Positions 50,288 through 61,135 are shown, numbered from the stretch's first letter. The stretch: DNA of 64,000 bases from an uncultured Pelagibacteraceae bacterium (GCA_902525575.1 CABZHU010000001.1:117109-181108), one strand, 5' to 3'. The notes: generated from the letters alone by a model not told the origin. Numbers and translations are program-made.

Positions 50288-50740
50288 ATGACACAAAATA
50301 CATTTATGGAACAGGCAATAATAAATGCTTACAAAGGACTAGATTTGGGAGAGGTACCAGTCGGTTGTGTGATTGTGAATCAACATAATGAGATAATCTC
50401 CCAATCATATAATAAAGTTATAGCGGATAACGATCCCACTGCTCATGCTGAGATTAATGCCATAAGGCAAGCATGCGCTTCATTAAAATATGAGCGTTTA
50501 ATCGATTGCAGTATTTATGTTACTTTAGAGCCTTGTATAATGTGTGCAGCAGCAATATCGAAATCTAAGTTAAAAAGACTATATTATGGAGCAGATGATA
50601 TGAATTTTGGTTCTATCAACGGTGGATTTAATTTTTTTCAAACAAAAAATTGCAATCATGTGCCAGAGATTTATGATAGTATTTCAAAAATTCAATGTGA
50701 GAATTTAATTAACGATTTTTTTAAAGGTAAAAGACCATGA
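50288..50740 (+). CDS. tadA: tRNA-specific adenosine deaminase
   Basis: HAEINA and PCIMCAAA zinc motifs. 150 aa. Confidence 0.92.
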   Translation: MTQNTFMEQAIINAYKGLDLGEVPVGCVIVNQHNEIISQSYNKVIADNDPTAHAEINAIRQACASLKYERLIDCSIYVTLEPCIMCAAAISKSKLKRLYYGADDMNFGSINGGFNFFQTKNCNHVPEIYDSISKIQCENLINDFFKGKRP

Positions 50741-51942
50741 CAATTTCAGCTAAGGCACAGCAAACAACAGATCGACTAATCACATTTATGGAAAAAAACG
50801 TGTATCCAAATAATGATACATACCATAAGCAAATTGAAGACTTCGGAAATGATCGCTGGCAAGTTGTCCCGATAGTTGAAGACTTAAAAAAAGAAGCAAA
50901 AAAAGAGGACCTCTGGAATTTGTTTTTACCAGACAGCGATTTAGGACATGGACTTTCAAATGCTGAATATGCTCCCATGTGTGAAATAATGGGAAGAGCT
51001 ATGTGGTCTGCAGAAGTATTTAACTGCTCTGCGCCTGATACAGGTAACATGGAGGTTCTAGTCAGATACGGAACTGATGAACAGAAAGATAAATATCTTA
51101 AACCACTTCTTAATGGCGAAATTCGATCTGCATTTGCAATGACAGAACCAGCTGTTGCATCTTCAGATGCAACCAATATTGAAAGCGAGATAAAAAAAGA
51201 GGGTAATCAATATGTCTTAAATGGGACAAAATGGTGGACGTCTGGAGCAATGGATCCAAGATGCCAGTTTTACATTTTTATGGGCAAAACTGATCCTGAT
51301 AATGAGAATATTCATAAACAACAGTCCATGATTTTAGTTGATAAGGATACACCAGGCATTAAAATAAAAAGACATTTGCCAGTTTTTGGATTTGACGATG
51401 CTCCACACGGGCATGCGGAGGTAGAGTTCAAGGACGTAAAGGTGCCACCTGAAAATATGTTGTTAGGAGAGGGTAGAGGATTTGAAATTGCTCAAGGCAG
51501 ACTTGGTCCGGGACGAATTCATCATTGCATGAGAACAATTGGACTTGCGGAAGTTGCGCTGGAGGCAATGTGCAAACGATTGATGAGCCGTAAAGCTTTT
51601 GGAAAAGAGGTAGTTAGGCATTCTGTGTGGCAAGAGAGAATTGCTGATGCTCGAATTAATATAGAGATGACAAGACTTTTGACCCTAAAAGCAGCATCAA
51701 TGATGGATGAGGTAGGCAATAAAGTTGCTAAAAATGAGATAGCTATGATCAAGGTTGCAGCACCGAATATGGCACTTAAGATAATAGATGATGCAATTCA
51801 AGCCTTTGGAGGCGCAGGAGTCACCACTGATCCAAGATTAGCCCAAGCTTATGCCGGCATGAGAACGCTACGTTTAGCAGATGGGCCAGATGAAGTTCAT
51901 AGACTCTCAATCGCTAGAAATGAATTAAAAAAATATCTCTAA
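50737..51942 (+). CDS. Acyl-CoA dehydrogenase, ACAD10/11 (FadE2-like) type
   Basis: 401 aa with an N-terminal [10 protein letters not shown]...[12 protein letters not shown] region and AFAMTEP...SSDATN motifs, as in the ACAD10/11 C-terminal domain subgroup (from memory). Confidence 0.9.
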   Translation: MTISAKAQQTTDRLITFMEKNVYPNNDTYHKQIEDFGNDRWQVVPIVEDLKKEAKKEDLWNLFLPDSDLGHGLSNAEYAPMCEIMGRAMWSAEVFNCSAPDTGNMEVLVRYGTDEQKDKYLKPLLNGEIRSAFAMTEPAVASSDATNIESEIKKEGNQYVLNGTKWWTSGAMDPRCQFYIFMGKTDPDNENIHKQQSMILVDKDTPGIKIKRHLPVFGFDDAPHGHAEVEFKDVKVPPENMLLGEGRGFEIAQGRLGPGRIHHCMRTIGLAEVALEAMCKRLMSRKAFGKEVVRHSVWQERIADARINIEMTRLLTLKAASMMDEVGNKVAKNEIAMIKVAAPNMALKIIDDAIQAFGGAGVTTDPRLAQAYAGMRTLRLADGPDEVHRLSIARNELKKYL

Positions 51943-52101
51943 CATTGATAAAAAAAAAGAAGACATTTCAAAAAGACAAGTATGGACGTTACATAAAGTC
52001 TAAAGAGTTTGATGTATACTGGGATGAATACCATGAGCTTGAGGATATCTCGATGAAAGAGTCAGTTAGACAAAAAATTGAAAGAACAAAAAAAATCGAA
52101 A

Positions 52102-53346
52102 CTAAAGAATAGTATCTAAAAAATCTATTAGTCTATTTACTTCCTCAATATTATTATAATGAACCATTGAAACTCTAACCACACCATCATTTGGTTCAAT
52201 TCCTAATCCCTTCAAACACCTCCATGCATAAAACTCACCATTGCGAATTCCAATTTGGTTTTTACCTGCAGCCTTTGCAATTTCTAGTGAACTTTTGTCT
52301 TTCACAGTAAATGAGACAGTAGGCATTCTTTCACTTCTAGAGTGAGAAGTTTTGCCAATTAATCGTACATTTTTTTTGAGCTTTAAAAATTCAATAAGTG
52401 TTTTGATTAGTGTTTCTTCGTGGTTATAAATTAGCTCAAAAACTTTTTTTCCTTTTTCATGAAGGTTCAACCCTTGTTCTGTAAAATGATGACTGTAAAG
52501 TGTTTCATAGTAGTCAGTGACCCCAGATAAGCATGCCAATTCCTCATGGTTTGGGCCGCCTGGGTTCATTGTGTAGGGTATCTCTGATGCTAGAAATTCG
52601 TGATTCAAGTTTTTAGTTTGATCAAGAAGTTCTTTTTTTCCATATAAGAGGGCTAAATGTGGACCATAAGTTTTGTATAGACTGAACCCGTAGAAATCTA
52701 TGTCTAATTCTTTTAGATCAATAATATCATGTGCCATATACGCTACTCCATCACCAACTACTTTTATGTCATGACTATGAGCTATTGAAATTATTTCTTT
52801 TAAGTTATTTATTGAAGCCACAACATTTGATGTATGACAGACACAAATAAATTTAGTTCTTTTTGTTATTAAATTTTTTAAATCTTCAACTTCGAGTTCA
52901 GCACTTTTTGGATTAAACTTCCATTCCTTAATATTAATTCCTTTTTCCGCAAGTTTCCTCCACGACCCAATATTTGCCTCATGGTCTTGATTGGTTACAA
53001 TTATTTCATCATCAGTTTTAAGCCAATCTTTAATTGCATTAGACAGCAAAAACATATTCATGGTCGTTGATGGACCTATAATAAATTCATTTTTTGAAAT
53101 ATTTAATAGTTCTGCAATTTTCTCTAAGCTGTTATCCATTTCATTTCCTGCCTCTATTGATGGACCAAAGTCACCATAAGGTTGAACTTTCTTAGTAATC
53201 ATAAAATCATTAAGCTTTTCAATCACATGCTTTGAAACATATGTACCCCCTGCATTTTCAAAAAATGCAAAATCAGCAGTTTTGGGATTTTGAAAAACAG
53301 GAAATTGTTTTCTCACGAAGTCTATGTCTAATATATTTCTACTCAA
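52102..53346 (-). CDS. Class V aminotransferase-fold PLP enzyme (cysteine desulfurase/lyase-like)
   Basis: 414 aa with SLYKTYGPH, the PLP-Lys context. TTG start 1 nt after the upstream stop. Confidence 0.85.
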   Translation of the reverse strand: MSRNILDIDFVRKQFPVFQNPKTADFAFFENAGGTYVSKHVIEKLNDFMITKKVQPYGDFGPSIEAGNEMDNSLEKIAELLNISKNEFIIGPSTTMNMFLLSNAIKDWLKTDDEIIVTNQDHEANIGSWRKLAEKGINIKEWKFNPKSAELEVEDLKNLITKRTKFICVCHTSNVVASINNLKEIISIAHSHDIKVVGDGVAYMAHDIIDLKELDIDFYGFSLYKTYGPHLALLYGKKELLDQTKNLNHEFLASEIPYTMNPGGPNHEELACLSGVTDYYETLYSHHFTEQGLNLHEKGKKVFELIYNHEETLIKTLIEFLKLKKNVRLIGKTSHSRSERMPTVSFTVKDKSSLEIAKAAGKNQIGIRNGEFYAWRCLKGLGIEPNDGVVRVSMVHYNNIEEVNRLIDFLDTIL

Positions 53347-53347
53347 A

Positions 53348-54412
53348 TTATTTAATTCTTTCTACAATACTCCAACCGAGCTTACCTAATATTGGAACAA
53401 AAGCTTCATAATTTTTAGCCTCTGAGCTTGAAGCAGTTCCATCTCTTACACGACCTACAATGCCTTGAGCTATTCCTGCAAGTCTAAATATATTATATGC
53501 CATATAGAAATCCCAATTATCTATTTTTTCTCTTCCTGTTTTTTTGTAATAAAGTTCAGCATACTCATTTTCTGAGGGAATATTGAGTGATTTAAGATCC
53601 GATCCCATCATTCCTAATCCCTTTGCGCCTACTGGCAATCTCCATGACATCATATGATAAGTAAAATCTGCTATCGGATTTCCTAAAGTAGATAATTCCC
53701 AGTCTAATATTGCTTTTACTTCATGAGTTGTAGGGTCGAATATCATATTGTCCAACCTGAAATCCCCATGAACGATTGTGGTCTCTTGATCAGAAGGTAT
53801 ATTTTTAGGTAACCATTCTATCAATTCATTAATCTCAGGTATCATTTGTGTTTCAGAATCTTTGTACTGTTTTGTCCATCTATGAATTTGTCTGTCCATA
53901 TAATTTTCATGCTTGCCGTAATCAGCTAGATTAACTTTATCAAAATTAACGTTATGTAACTTTGCAATAGTATCATTCATGGATAAGTAAATTTCTCTTC
54001 TTTGATTTGGATCGCATCCTGGAAGAAGAAGTTCCCAATAAATGTTACCGATGACATGATCCATAATAAAAAAAGATGTACCAATTACTGTTTCATCATC
54101 GCAATAACCAAATGTTTTGGGAACAGGAACATCAGTATCATGAAGAGCTGTCATTACCCTGCATTCTCTATCAACTGCATGAGCGGATTTAAGAAGTTTA
54201 CCTGGAGGCTTTCTTCTAAGTACAAAATTATTAATATTTGTTTCAACCAGATAAGTTGGATTTGACTGTCCACCCTTAAATTGCGTTATATCGCTAATCT
54301 GAATATTATTACCCATAAGTTTTTTTAGATAATCATTTAAAGATTCTTTATCTATTTTGAGTTTATCATCAACTTGTTTTGTGCCTGAAAATATTTCATT
54401 TCTATCAGTCAT
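53348..54412 (-). CDS. APH-fold phosphotransferase, ACAD10/11 N-domain-like kinase
   Basis: FKGGQSNPTY, VLRRKPPGKLL.SAHAVDRE, VHGDFRLDNMIF and LDWELSTLGNP motifs. Confidence 0.85.
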   Translation of the reverse strand: MTDRNEIFSGTKQVDDKLKIDKESLNDYLKKLMGNNIQISDITQFKGGQSNPTYLVETNINNFVLRRKPPGKLLKSAHAVDRECRVMTALHDTDVPVPKTFGYCDDETVIGTSFFIMDHVIGNIYWELLLPGCDPNQRREIYLSMNDTIAKLHNVNFDKVNLADYGKHENYMDRQIHRWTKQYKDSETQMIPEINELIEWLPKNIPSDQETTIVHGDFRLDNMIFDPTTHEVKAILDWELSTLGNPIADFTYHMMSWRLPVGAKGLGMMGSDLKSLNIPSENEYAELYYKKTGREKIDNWDFYMAYNIFRLAGIAQGIVGRVRDGTASSSEAKNYEAFVPILGKLGWSIVERIK

Positions 54413-55671
54413 GTTAAAGCTTTCTTTCCAATATCTTTTCTATAGTACCCCTCAGGCCAGTCTATCGAGTGAATTGAATCATAGATTTTCTTTAAAGCTT
54501 CACCAAGCGATGCATTTTTTGAAGTGACAGAGAGGACTCTTCCACCAATAGCAACTATTTTTTTATCTTTAATAGCTGTTGCAGCGTGAAATATCTGAAA
54601 AGTATCAGTATTTTCTAACTTATCTACTCCGTTAATTACAGTTTCTTTCTCAAATGATCCTGGGTATCCATTCGATGCCATTACAACTGTTGCACAATGA
54701 TCATCTTCCCATTTTAATTCAAAGTTATGTAAATCTTTATCGATACAGCTCAGCATAAGTTGAACTATATCACTTTTCATTCTTAGCATTAAAACTTGGC
54801 ATTCAGGATCTCCAAATCTAATATTATATTCAACAAGTTTTGCCTTGCCATTTTTAATCATTAGCCCTGCATACAAAATACCTTGATATGGATGACCTAA
54901 CTCTCTCATGGCATTTAGTGTGGGATATATAATTTCATCATCTACTTGTTTTTTAATCTCATCTGTAAAGATAGGAGCAGGTGAGTAGGCTCCCATCCCA
55001 CCTGTGTTCGGACCAGTATCGTTTTCTCCTATGCGTTTATGGTCTTGAGCACTTTCAAGAGAAATAAACTCAGTACCATCAGTGCATACAAAGTAACTCG
55101 CTTCTTCACCTTCCATAAATTCTTCAATGACTGCGGTCATATTTATTCCAAATTTATTTTCAAAAATTTCCTTCAGAGCTTTTTCAGCCATTTCAAAACT
55201 ATCTGCGACTGTCACTCCTTTTCCGGCAGCTAATCCATTTGCTTTTACTACAATTGGCAAACTTTGTTTTTTTAAGTATGTGACTGCGTCTTCGTAGTTA
55301 TCAAAAGTAGAATAGGCAGCTGTTGGAATAGAATAATTTTTGCAAAGATCTTTCATAAAGCTCTTTGATCCTTCAAGTTGGGATGCGTATTTATTTGGAC
55401 CAAATATTTTAATATTTTTTGATACAAAATAATCCACTATTCCTGCAACTAATGGAACCTCAGGTCCAACTACAATTAAATCAATAGATTTTTCGACACA
55501 ATATGAATGAATAGAGTTAAAATCATCAAGATCTAAATCTTTACATTCTGCTAGTAGACTTATTCCATAATTTCCAGGAGCACAAAATAGCGATGTAGCC
55601 AAAGGACTTCTTGATATTGCATAGCATAGAGAATGCTCCCTAGCTCCATTTCCAAGTACAAGAATTTTCAT
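54409..55671 (-). CDS. purD: Phosphoribosylamine-glycine ligase
   Basis: MKILVLGNGAREH N-terminus, ATP-grasp core, 420 aa. Confidence 0.96.
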   Translation of the reverse strand: MKILVLGNGAREHSLCYAISRSPLATSLFCAPGNYGISLLAECKDLDLDDFNSIHSYCVEKSIDLIVVGPEVPLVAGIVDYFVSKNIKIFGPNKYASQLEGSKSFMKDLCKNYSIPTAAYSTFDNYEDAVTYLKKQSLPIVVKANGLAAGKGVTVADSFEMAEKALKEIFENKFGINMTAVIEEFMEGEEASYFVCTDGTEFISLESAQDHKRIGENDTGPNTGGMGAYSPAPIFTDEIKKQVDDEIIYPTLNAMRELGHPYQGILYAGLMIKNGKAKLVEYNIRFGDPECQVLMLRMKSDIVQLMLSCIDKDLHNFELKWEDDHCATVVMASNGYPGSFEKETVINGVDKLENTDTFQIFHAATAIKDKKIVAIGGRVLSVTSKNASLGEALKKIYDSIHSIDWPEGYYRKDIGKKALT

Positions 55672-55722
55672 AAAGTAAAATTTAAATTAATTGATATATT
55701 AGCATATAAGGAATTAAATTAA

Positions 55723-57024
55723 ATGGTTAGAGAAAATATCCAAGAGTACTCAGTTTCAGAAATTTCAGACTCTATCAAGGGAACTCTTGAAAACAGTTTT
55801 GGCTATGTAAAAGTTAGAGGAGAAGTCTCGGGTTTAAGTAAGCCAGCGTCAGGCCACATATATTTAAATTTAGAAGATGATAAGGCCGTTATAAAAGCAA
55901 TAATCTGGCGAAGTGCAACAGCAAGAATTAGTTTTGTACCCGAAGATGGATTAGAAGTTATTTGTTCAGGTAGGCTCACAACAGGATATTCTGATCGATA
56001 CCCGGGAAGATCAGATTATTTAATTATAGTTGATTCAATAACTCCTGCAGGAGAGGGAGCTTTAATGGCTCTTTTAGAGCAACGCAAGAAAAAGCTTGCG
56101 GCAGAGGGTTTATTTGAGGAGCAAAATAAGAAAAGTCTACCAAAGTATCCTGAAACGATTGGCATAGTCACATCTCCAACAGGTGCAGTTATAAAGGATA
56201 TACTTCATAGACTAAATGAGAGGTTTCCATGCAATGTCATTCTATGGCCTGTTCCAGTTCAGGGCCAAGATGCCGCTCAGTTAATTTCTGATGCAGTAGA
56301 TGGATTTAATAATTTATCGAGTAAAGACGAAGTAAATATACCAGACCTTATTATCATAGCACGTGGTGGGGGCAGTATAGAAGACCTTTGGCCTTTCAAT
56401 GAAGAAATTGTAATCAGGTCTGTCTTCAAAAGTAATATTCCTATTGTATCTGCAATTGGTCATGAAACAGATACCACACTAATTGATTTTGTTTCTGACT
56501 TAAGAGCGCCAACGCCTACAGCTGCAGCAGAAATTTCTACCCCAGATAAAGAAGAACTTTTGAGGGATATCAATGAAAAAAATAATCGTTTAAATTATTC
56601 AATAAATTTATACCTTGATAATCTTAAAGATAATTTCATTTCAATAAAAGATAAATTGCCTGTTTCACTACAACTTTTTCTAAATAATCTTACTTCTAAT
56701 TTTCAGAATATTTCTCAATCACTTAATTTTCGTATTCTCGGTGAGCAATTAAAGAGTACTAAAGTAAAACTTATTTCTTTAGAGGAGTCTCTATTGAAAG
56801 CTAAAAATATTTTGGTAGAGAGACTTCAAAAAGAATTAGATAATAAAAGTATGCTACTTGAAAGCTTGAGTTATAAATCTGTTTTAAAAAGAGGGTACTC
56901 AGTTACAAGGAGTTCAAATAAAATAATCAAATCAAAAAAAGATTTAAAAGATGAAAGTGAGTTGATCATAGAAACTAATTTTGCTACTTTAAAAGCCAAA
57001 CTTAGAGAAATTAATGACAAATAG
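55723..57024 (+). CDS. xseA: Exodeoxyribonuclease VII large subunit
   Basis: VRGEVS...ASGHIYL OB-fold region, ARGGGSIEDLW, GHETD. Confidence 0.93.
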   Translation: MVRENIQEYSVSEISDSIKGTLENSFGYVKVRGEVSGLSKPASGHIYLNLEDDKAVIKAIIWRSATARISFVPEDGLEVICSGRLTTGYSDRYPGRSDYLIIVDSITPAGEGALMALLEQRKKKLAAEGLFEEQNKKSLPKYPETIGIVTSPTGAVIKDILHRLNERFPCNVILWPVPVQGQDAAQLISDAVDGFNNLSSKDEVNIPDLIIIARGGGSIEDLWPFNEEIVIRSVFKSNIPIVSAIGHETDTTLIDFVSDLRAPTPTAAAEISTPDKEELLRDINEKNNRLNYSINLYLDNLKDNFISIKDKLPVSLQLFLNNLTSNFQNISQSLNFRILGEQLKSTKVKLISLEESLLKAKNILVERLQKELDNKSMLLESLSYKSVLKRGYSVTRSSNKIIKSKKDLKDESELIIETNFATLKAKLREINDK

Positions 57025-57226
57025 TTTTACTACAAAGGCAGAAATAAGATTGCATCATGGTCAGTTTCAAATAATAAAGTCTGGGGATTATGTAGAATGT
57101 TCAATCACAAAAGAGAAGATATCACTTGATAATTTGAAGTATTGGAATGTTGATTTTCAGGAAATTTATGCGAATCCAGAGATTGCACTAAGGAGATATA
57201 AAGAGATTAATGAAAATAAAGATTAA
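57014..57226 (+). CDS. Conserved small protein (DUF2093-like)
   Basis: 70 aa. The GQFQIIKSGDYVECSITKEKISLDNLKYWNV pattern and its position after xseA match my recollection of DUF2093. Confidence 0.65.
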   Translation: MTNSFTTKAEIRLHHGQFQIIKSGDYVECSITKEKISLDNLKYWNVDFQEIYANPEIALRRYKEINENKD

Positions 57227-58010
57227 ATTAATAGCAATCTTTTTTTTTGTTTTTCAACCAGCTATAGCAACCGATTTACCAAAAGAAATACCTCAAGGAA
57301 GCCTTGTTGTTGGCCAGTCATTAGATGCAGATGAAATTATAGTAGATAATAATTCTTTAAAAGTTAGTGCAAAAGGTCACTTTGTATTTGCAGTCGGTAG
57401 GGACCATGTGGAACCAATAAGTGTGACATACTTAAAAAATGGATCATTAATAAAAATTCATCAGATAAATATAATTATACAAGATTACGAAATACAAAGG
57501 ATTGATGGTTTACCAGAACAAATGGTTACACCACTTGATGATGAAATAATCGAAAGAATAATTTATGAGAACGATTTGATTAAAGAAAAGAAAAAAATAA
57601 ATTTAGATTTAACCTATTTTAAAGATAGTTTTATTCAACCTACAGAAGGAATTATCAGTGGTGTTTTTGGTAGTCAAAGAATATTAAATGGAAAAGCTAA
57701 AAGTCCACATCGTGGTTTAGATATTGCGGCTGAAACTGGAACCCCAATTTATGCTTGCAATGAAGGACTTGTTATACATGCCGAAGATGATCTTTATTAC
57801 ACAGGTGGAACTATAATTCTTGATCATGGGCATGGGGTAAAATCAATTTATGCTCATTTATCTGATGTGAAAGTAACAGTAAATCAAACAGTATCAAAGG
57901 ATGATATTATTGGTGAAGTAGGTTCTACAGGACGATCAACCGGCCCTCATCTTCACTGGGGAGTAATGGTGTTTAATACCTATGTAGACCCACAATTGGT
58001 TTTAGATTAA
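57210..58010 (+). CDS. M23-family metallopeptidase (secreted)
   Basis: Signal peptide, with HRGLDIAA, LDHGHG and GPHLHWGV motifs. Confidence 0.9.
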   Translation: MKIKIKLIAIFFFVFQPAIATDLPKEIPQGSLVVGQSLDADEIIVDNNSLKVSAKGHFVFAVGRDHVEPISVTYLKNGSLIKIHQINIIIQDYEIQRIDGLPEQMVTPLDDEIIERIIYENDLIKEKKKINLDLTYFKDSFIQPTEGIISGVFGSQRILNGKAKSPHRGLDIAAETGTPIYACNEGLVIHAEDDLYYTGGTIILDHGHGVKSIYAHLSDVKVTVNQTVSKDDIIGEVGSTGRSTGPHLHWGVMVFNTYVDPQLVLD

Positions 58011-58029
58011 TTTTTTAAAAAAATTAGAT

Positions 58030-58905
58030 TTATATTTTCCATCTATTGTGGAACCAAAAGTATTGTTCAGGGTACTTAGTAATCATTTCTTGGTAAAATG
58101 AGGATATTTGCGCTGAAATTTTATAAATGTTTTCTTCATTACTTTCTTTATCTTTTGTATCAATGCACTCAATAACCTCAAATTTAAAATTATTATCAAT
58201 TGTTCGTATTGGCCAGGCTAAAAATATTTTACATTTTGCTTTCAAAGCAATTTGTGCAGGAAGTGTTGATATATTCATTTCCTTATTAAAAAATTTAACC
58301 TTTGTTCCTGAAGACAATTGTTGATCTGCCAAGAGGGCGATAGAACTTCCTTTATTGAATTGATTTAATAGCTGTCTCGTTCCTAATCTGTTTTTACTAT
58401 AACATTGAACGCTATATTTGCGTCTCAGTTGTTTTACAACAAAATTTATTAGAGGATTATTTGGTTCTCTTACTATCGCTGAGACCCTATTCATCTTACT
58501 TCGAAGAGCCATTCCAGGTACTTCCCAATTTGAACTATGACCTGAAACAATTACACTATGTTCATTTTCATTAAATACATCATCTGAAAATTCATTATTA
58601 ATAACTTCAATCTTACTCTTGAGTATACTTTTCATATGGGCATATTCTGAGACCGTATAGCCAAGATTCTTCCAAACTCTATTAGCTGCATCATTAATCC
58701 ACTCTTTATCTTTGTCATGAAATGCAATAGATAAATTTTTTATTAAAAGATTATGTATTGGAAGAAATGGTCCAACAGAAGTAGTAATTAGTATCCCCAG
58801 AGCACTCGACATTCTCAGAGGTAGAATTTTAAAGACAATAAAGAAGATAATAAAAAATAAAAACTCCAGTGGGTATTTTATCACGATCTTGAATAATGAT
58901 TTCAT
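58030..58905 (-). CDS. lpxL: Lipid A biosynthesis lauroyl/late acyltransferase (LpxL/HtrB family)
   Basis: 291 aa with an N-terminal transmembrane segment, an HSSNWE acyltransferase motif, and a lipid A operon context. Confidence 0.8.
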   Translation of the reverse strand: MKSLFKIVIKYPLEFLFFIIFFIVFKILPLRMSSALGILITTSVGPFLPIHNLLIKNLSIAFHDKDKEWINDAANRVWKNLGYTVSEYAHMKSILKSKIEVINNEFSDDVFNENEHSVIVSGHSSNWEVPGMALRSKMNRVSAIVREPNNPLINFVVKQLRRKYSVQCYSKNRLGTRQLLNQFNKGSSIALLADQQLSSGTKVKFFNKEMNISTLPAQIALKAKCKIFLAWPIRTIDNNFKFEVIECIDTKDKESNEENIYKISAQISSFYQEMITKYPEQYFWFHNRWKI

Positions 58906-58909
58906 TATT

Positions 58910-59884
58910 TTAATTAATCAAATTATTAATTAGTTTTTCAATATTCGGTATTTCAAGCTTAATCTTGAAACAATCAATGTTCTTCCTATAATCTTCAGGA
59001 ATGCGAACATAGTCCTTTTCTGTCGTGATAAGTGATAAATTTTCCCTTTTCGCCTTATCTAATAAGCTTTCTAAATCTTTTCTAGTGAACTGATAATGAT
59101 CGGGAAAACTTTTCTCTTTTATAACTTCGTACCCTTTGTTTTTAAGGGTATCAAAAAAGCCATCATTATTTCCAATACCACTAAATGCTAAATAATTTTT
59201 CCTATCAAAAACATCTACAGCTTTAACGTTAGCATTGTAGAATTCTAAGTTATCATAATCATATTTTTTTTTAACATGATGTAGGTCATCTCCAATTATG
59301 ACTACAAATTGCGAAGATTTTAGAGCAGGTCTTATAAGCTCCCTCAGTGGTCCTGCAGGTAAGCATAATTTATTTCCAAAACCTCTCTTACCATTAACCG
59401 TTAATATGGTTTTGTCTTTATAGAATGATCGATCTTGAAATCCATCATCTAACAATATGATGTCTGTTTGCTTTTCATTTATTATTTTCTCAATTGCAAA
59501 TGCTCTATTTGTGGTGATATAAGTTGGGACACAATTCGCATATAGCAGGGCTTCATCTCCAACCTTGTTAAACTTGTCTGATTTTGAAACCTTATAGAAA
59601 ATAGATTTGTTTGTTGATCCATAGCCTCTCAACAATACTGATACTTTCTTGTCTTTCTTTTTTATTTCATTAATTAATGTTAATAATGTTGAAGTTTTAC
59701 CTGTACCCCCAATATTTATATTGCCAATGCATATGATGGGGACACTGAACTTCTTATTTTTATAAAATAATGCTCTTATGTAATAAAGGCATATGTATAT
59801 GCATGACAATGGGATTAAAAATATTGAGACAAGATTTGCATAATATACATCTTGATACCATATTTTCAGAAAAAATTTTTCCAT
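58910..59884 (-). CDS. lpxK: Tetraacyldisaccharide 4'-kinase
   Basis: GNINIGGTGKT P-loop, 324 aa, operon context. Confidence 0.88.
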   Translation of the reverse strand: MEKFFLKIWYQDVYYANLVSIFLIPLSCIYICLYYIRALFYKNKKFSVPIICIGNINIGGTGKTSTLLTLINEIKKKDKKVSVLLRGYGSTNKSIFYKVSKSDKFNKVGDEALLYANCVPTYITTNRAFAIEKIINEKQTDIILLDDGFQDRSFYKDKTILTVNGKRGFGNKLCLPAGPLRELIRPALKSSQFVVIIGDDLHHVKKKYDYDNLEFYNANVKAVDVFDRKNYLAFSGIGNNDGFFDTLKNKGYEVIKEKSFPDHYQFTRKDLESLLDKAKRENLSLITTEKDYVRIPEDYRKNIDCFKIKLEIPNIEKLINNLIN

Positions 59885-59890
59885 AATTAA

Positions 59891-61135
59891 TTAGAGGTAT
59901 TGATATATTTCTTTCAATACTTTTTTCACTGTCTCTTCACCCTCCTTTTGTAAACTGCTGATATCAACTTTCCTAACTTCTTTATCTAATGATTTATACT
60001 CTTCATGAATAAAATGTTCCAGCTGTCTCTCATTATTTACAACTTTTGACAATTTCATTTGATCCAAAGTCAGATATACGTCAGAAAAATTTTCAACATG
60101 TTTGCCATGGTATACTTTTTTTCCATGGTACGCTGCTTCAATTGGATTTTGCCCACCATGCATCACTAAACTGCCACCAATAAAAATAATATCAGCTAAC
60201 TTATAAAATAGATTTAATTCACCAATTGTATCAGCTAAGTAAATATGAGTATTTCTTTTAATTTTATTCCCCATTGATCTAATTGCAGTATGTTTAATGA
60301 TATTCTTATTGATGATGTTATTTCTTGTTGGATGCCTAGGAACAATAATTGTAAGAAGCTCTTTACAAGTTTTTTTTAATTTTAGAGTTACTCTACTAAT
60401 AATTTCTTCTTCTCCAGGGTGAGTACTAGCTGCAAGAAATATTTTTCTATCACCAGCCAAAACTTTGAGCTCGTCATACTTTTTAGCATCAGTAAGATCA
60501 GGAGTAAGAGCAAACTTTAAATTGCCAGTATAATTAGTTTTTTTAATTCCAAGTTTTTCATAAAACAAAGTACTATCTGTATTTTGCGTACTGCAAGAAC
60601 TAAATTTAGAAAACAAATCTTTAGATGATGAATTAAATAAGGACCATCTTTTAAAACTTTTAATTGTCATTCTTCCGTTGATTATAATTTGAGGTATATT
60701 TTTGTTATTTAGGTTATGAATAAAGTTAGGCCAAATTTCAGACTCTACAAAAACTGCAAGAGATGGCTTCCAATAATTTAGAAACCTATTTGCAAGTACT
60801 GGAACATCAAAAGGTATAAATTGATGTACAACTTTATCTTTAATTCTTTTATTTATTACTTGTGCCGATGTTACAGTTCCAGATGTTATTAATATTTGAT
60901 CAATAGATTGATCTTTGTTCAATTTATCTACTATTGGTAGTATTGATTGACACTCACCAATGCTGGCAGCATGGATCCAGATCAGTTTACCTTTTTTTCG
61001 ATCATGTGTATTTTTCCCATACCTTTCGCTAATTCTGTCTGGCAACTCTTTGCCTTTTCTTTTCCGTATAAAGATAACAAAAGGAATAAAGATAAGAGCT
61101 AAATTTGAAAATATACGGTAGAGAAAGAATATCAT
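59891..61135 (-). CDS. waaA: 3-deoxy-D-manno-octulosonic acid (Kdo) transferase
   Basis: WIHAASIGE motif, 414 aa, operon context. Confidence 0.9.
   Translation of the reverse strand: MIFFLYRIFSNLALIFIPFVIFIRKRKGKELPDRISERYGKNTHDRKKGKLIWIHAASIGECQSILPIVDKLNKDQSIDQILITSGTVTSAQVINKRIKDKVVHQFIPFDVPVLANRFLNYWKPSLAVFVESEIWPNFIHNLNNKNIPQIIINGRMTIKSFKRWSLFNSSSKDLFSKFSSCSTQNTDSTLFYEKLGIKKTNYTGNLKFALTPDLTDAKKYDELKVLAGDRKIFLAASTHPGEEEIISRVTLKLKKTCKELLTIIVPRHPTRNNIINKNIIKHTAIRSMGNKIKRNTHIYLADTIGELNLFYKLADIIFIGGSLVMHGGQNPIEAAYHGKKVYHGKHVENFSDVYLTLDQMKLSKVVNNERQLEHFIHEEYKSLDKEVRKVDISSLQKEGEETVKKVLKEIYQYL

Noticed and set aside
58002-58030. An A/T-only palindrome (TTAATTTTTTAAAAAAATTA) and a TTAGATT direct repeat between the convergent M23 and lpxL genes.
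   Set aside because: It is pure A/T low complexity, and any hairpin would be extremely weak. It may act as a bidirectional stop signal, but that cannot be supported from sequence alone.
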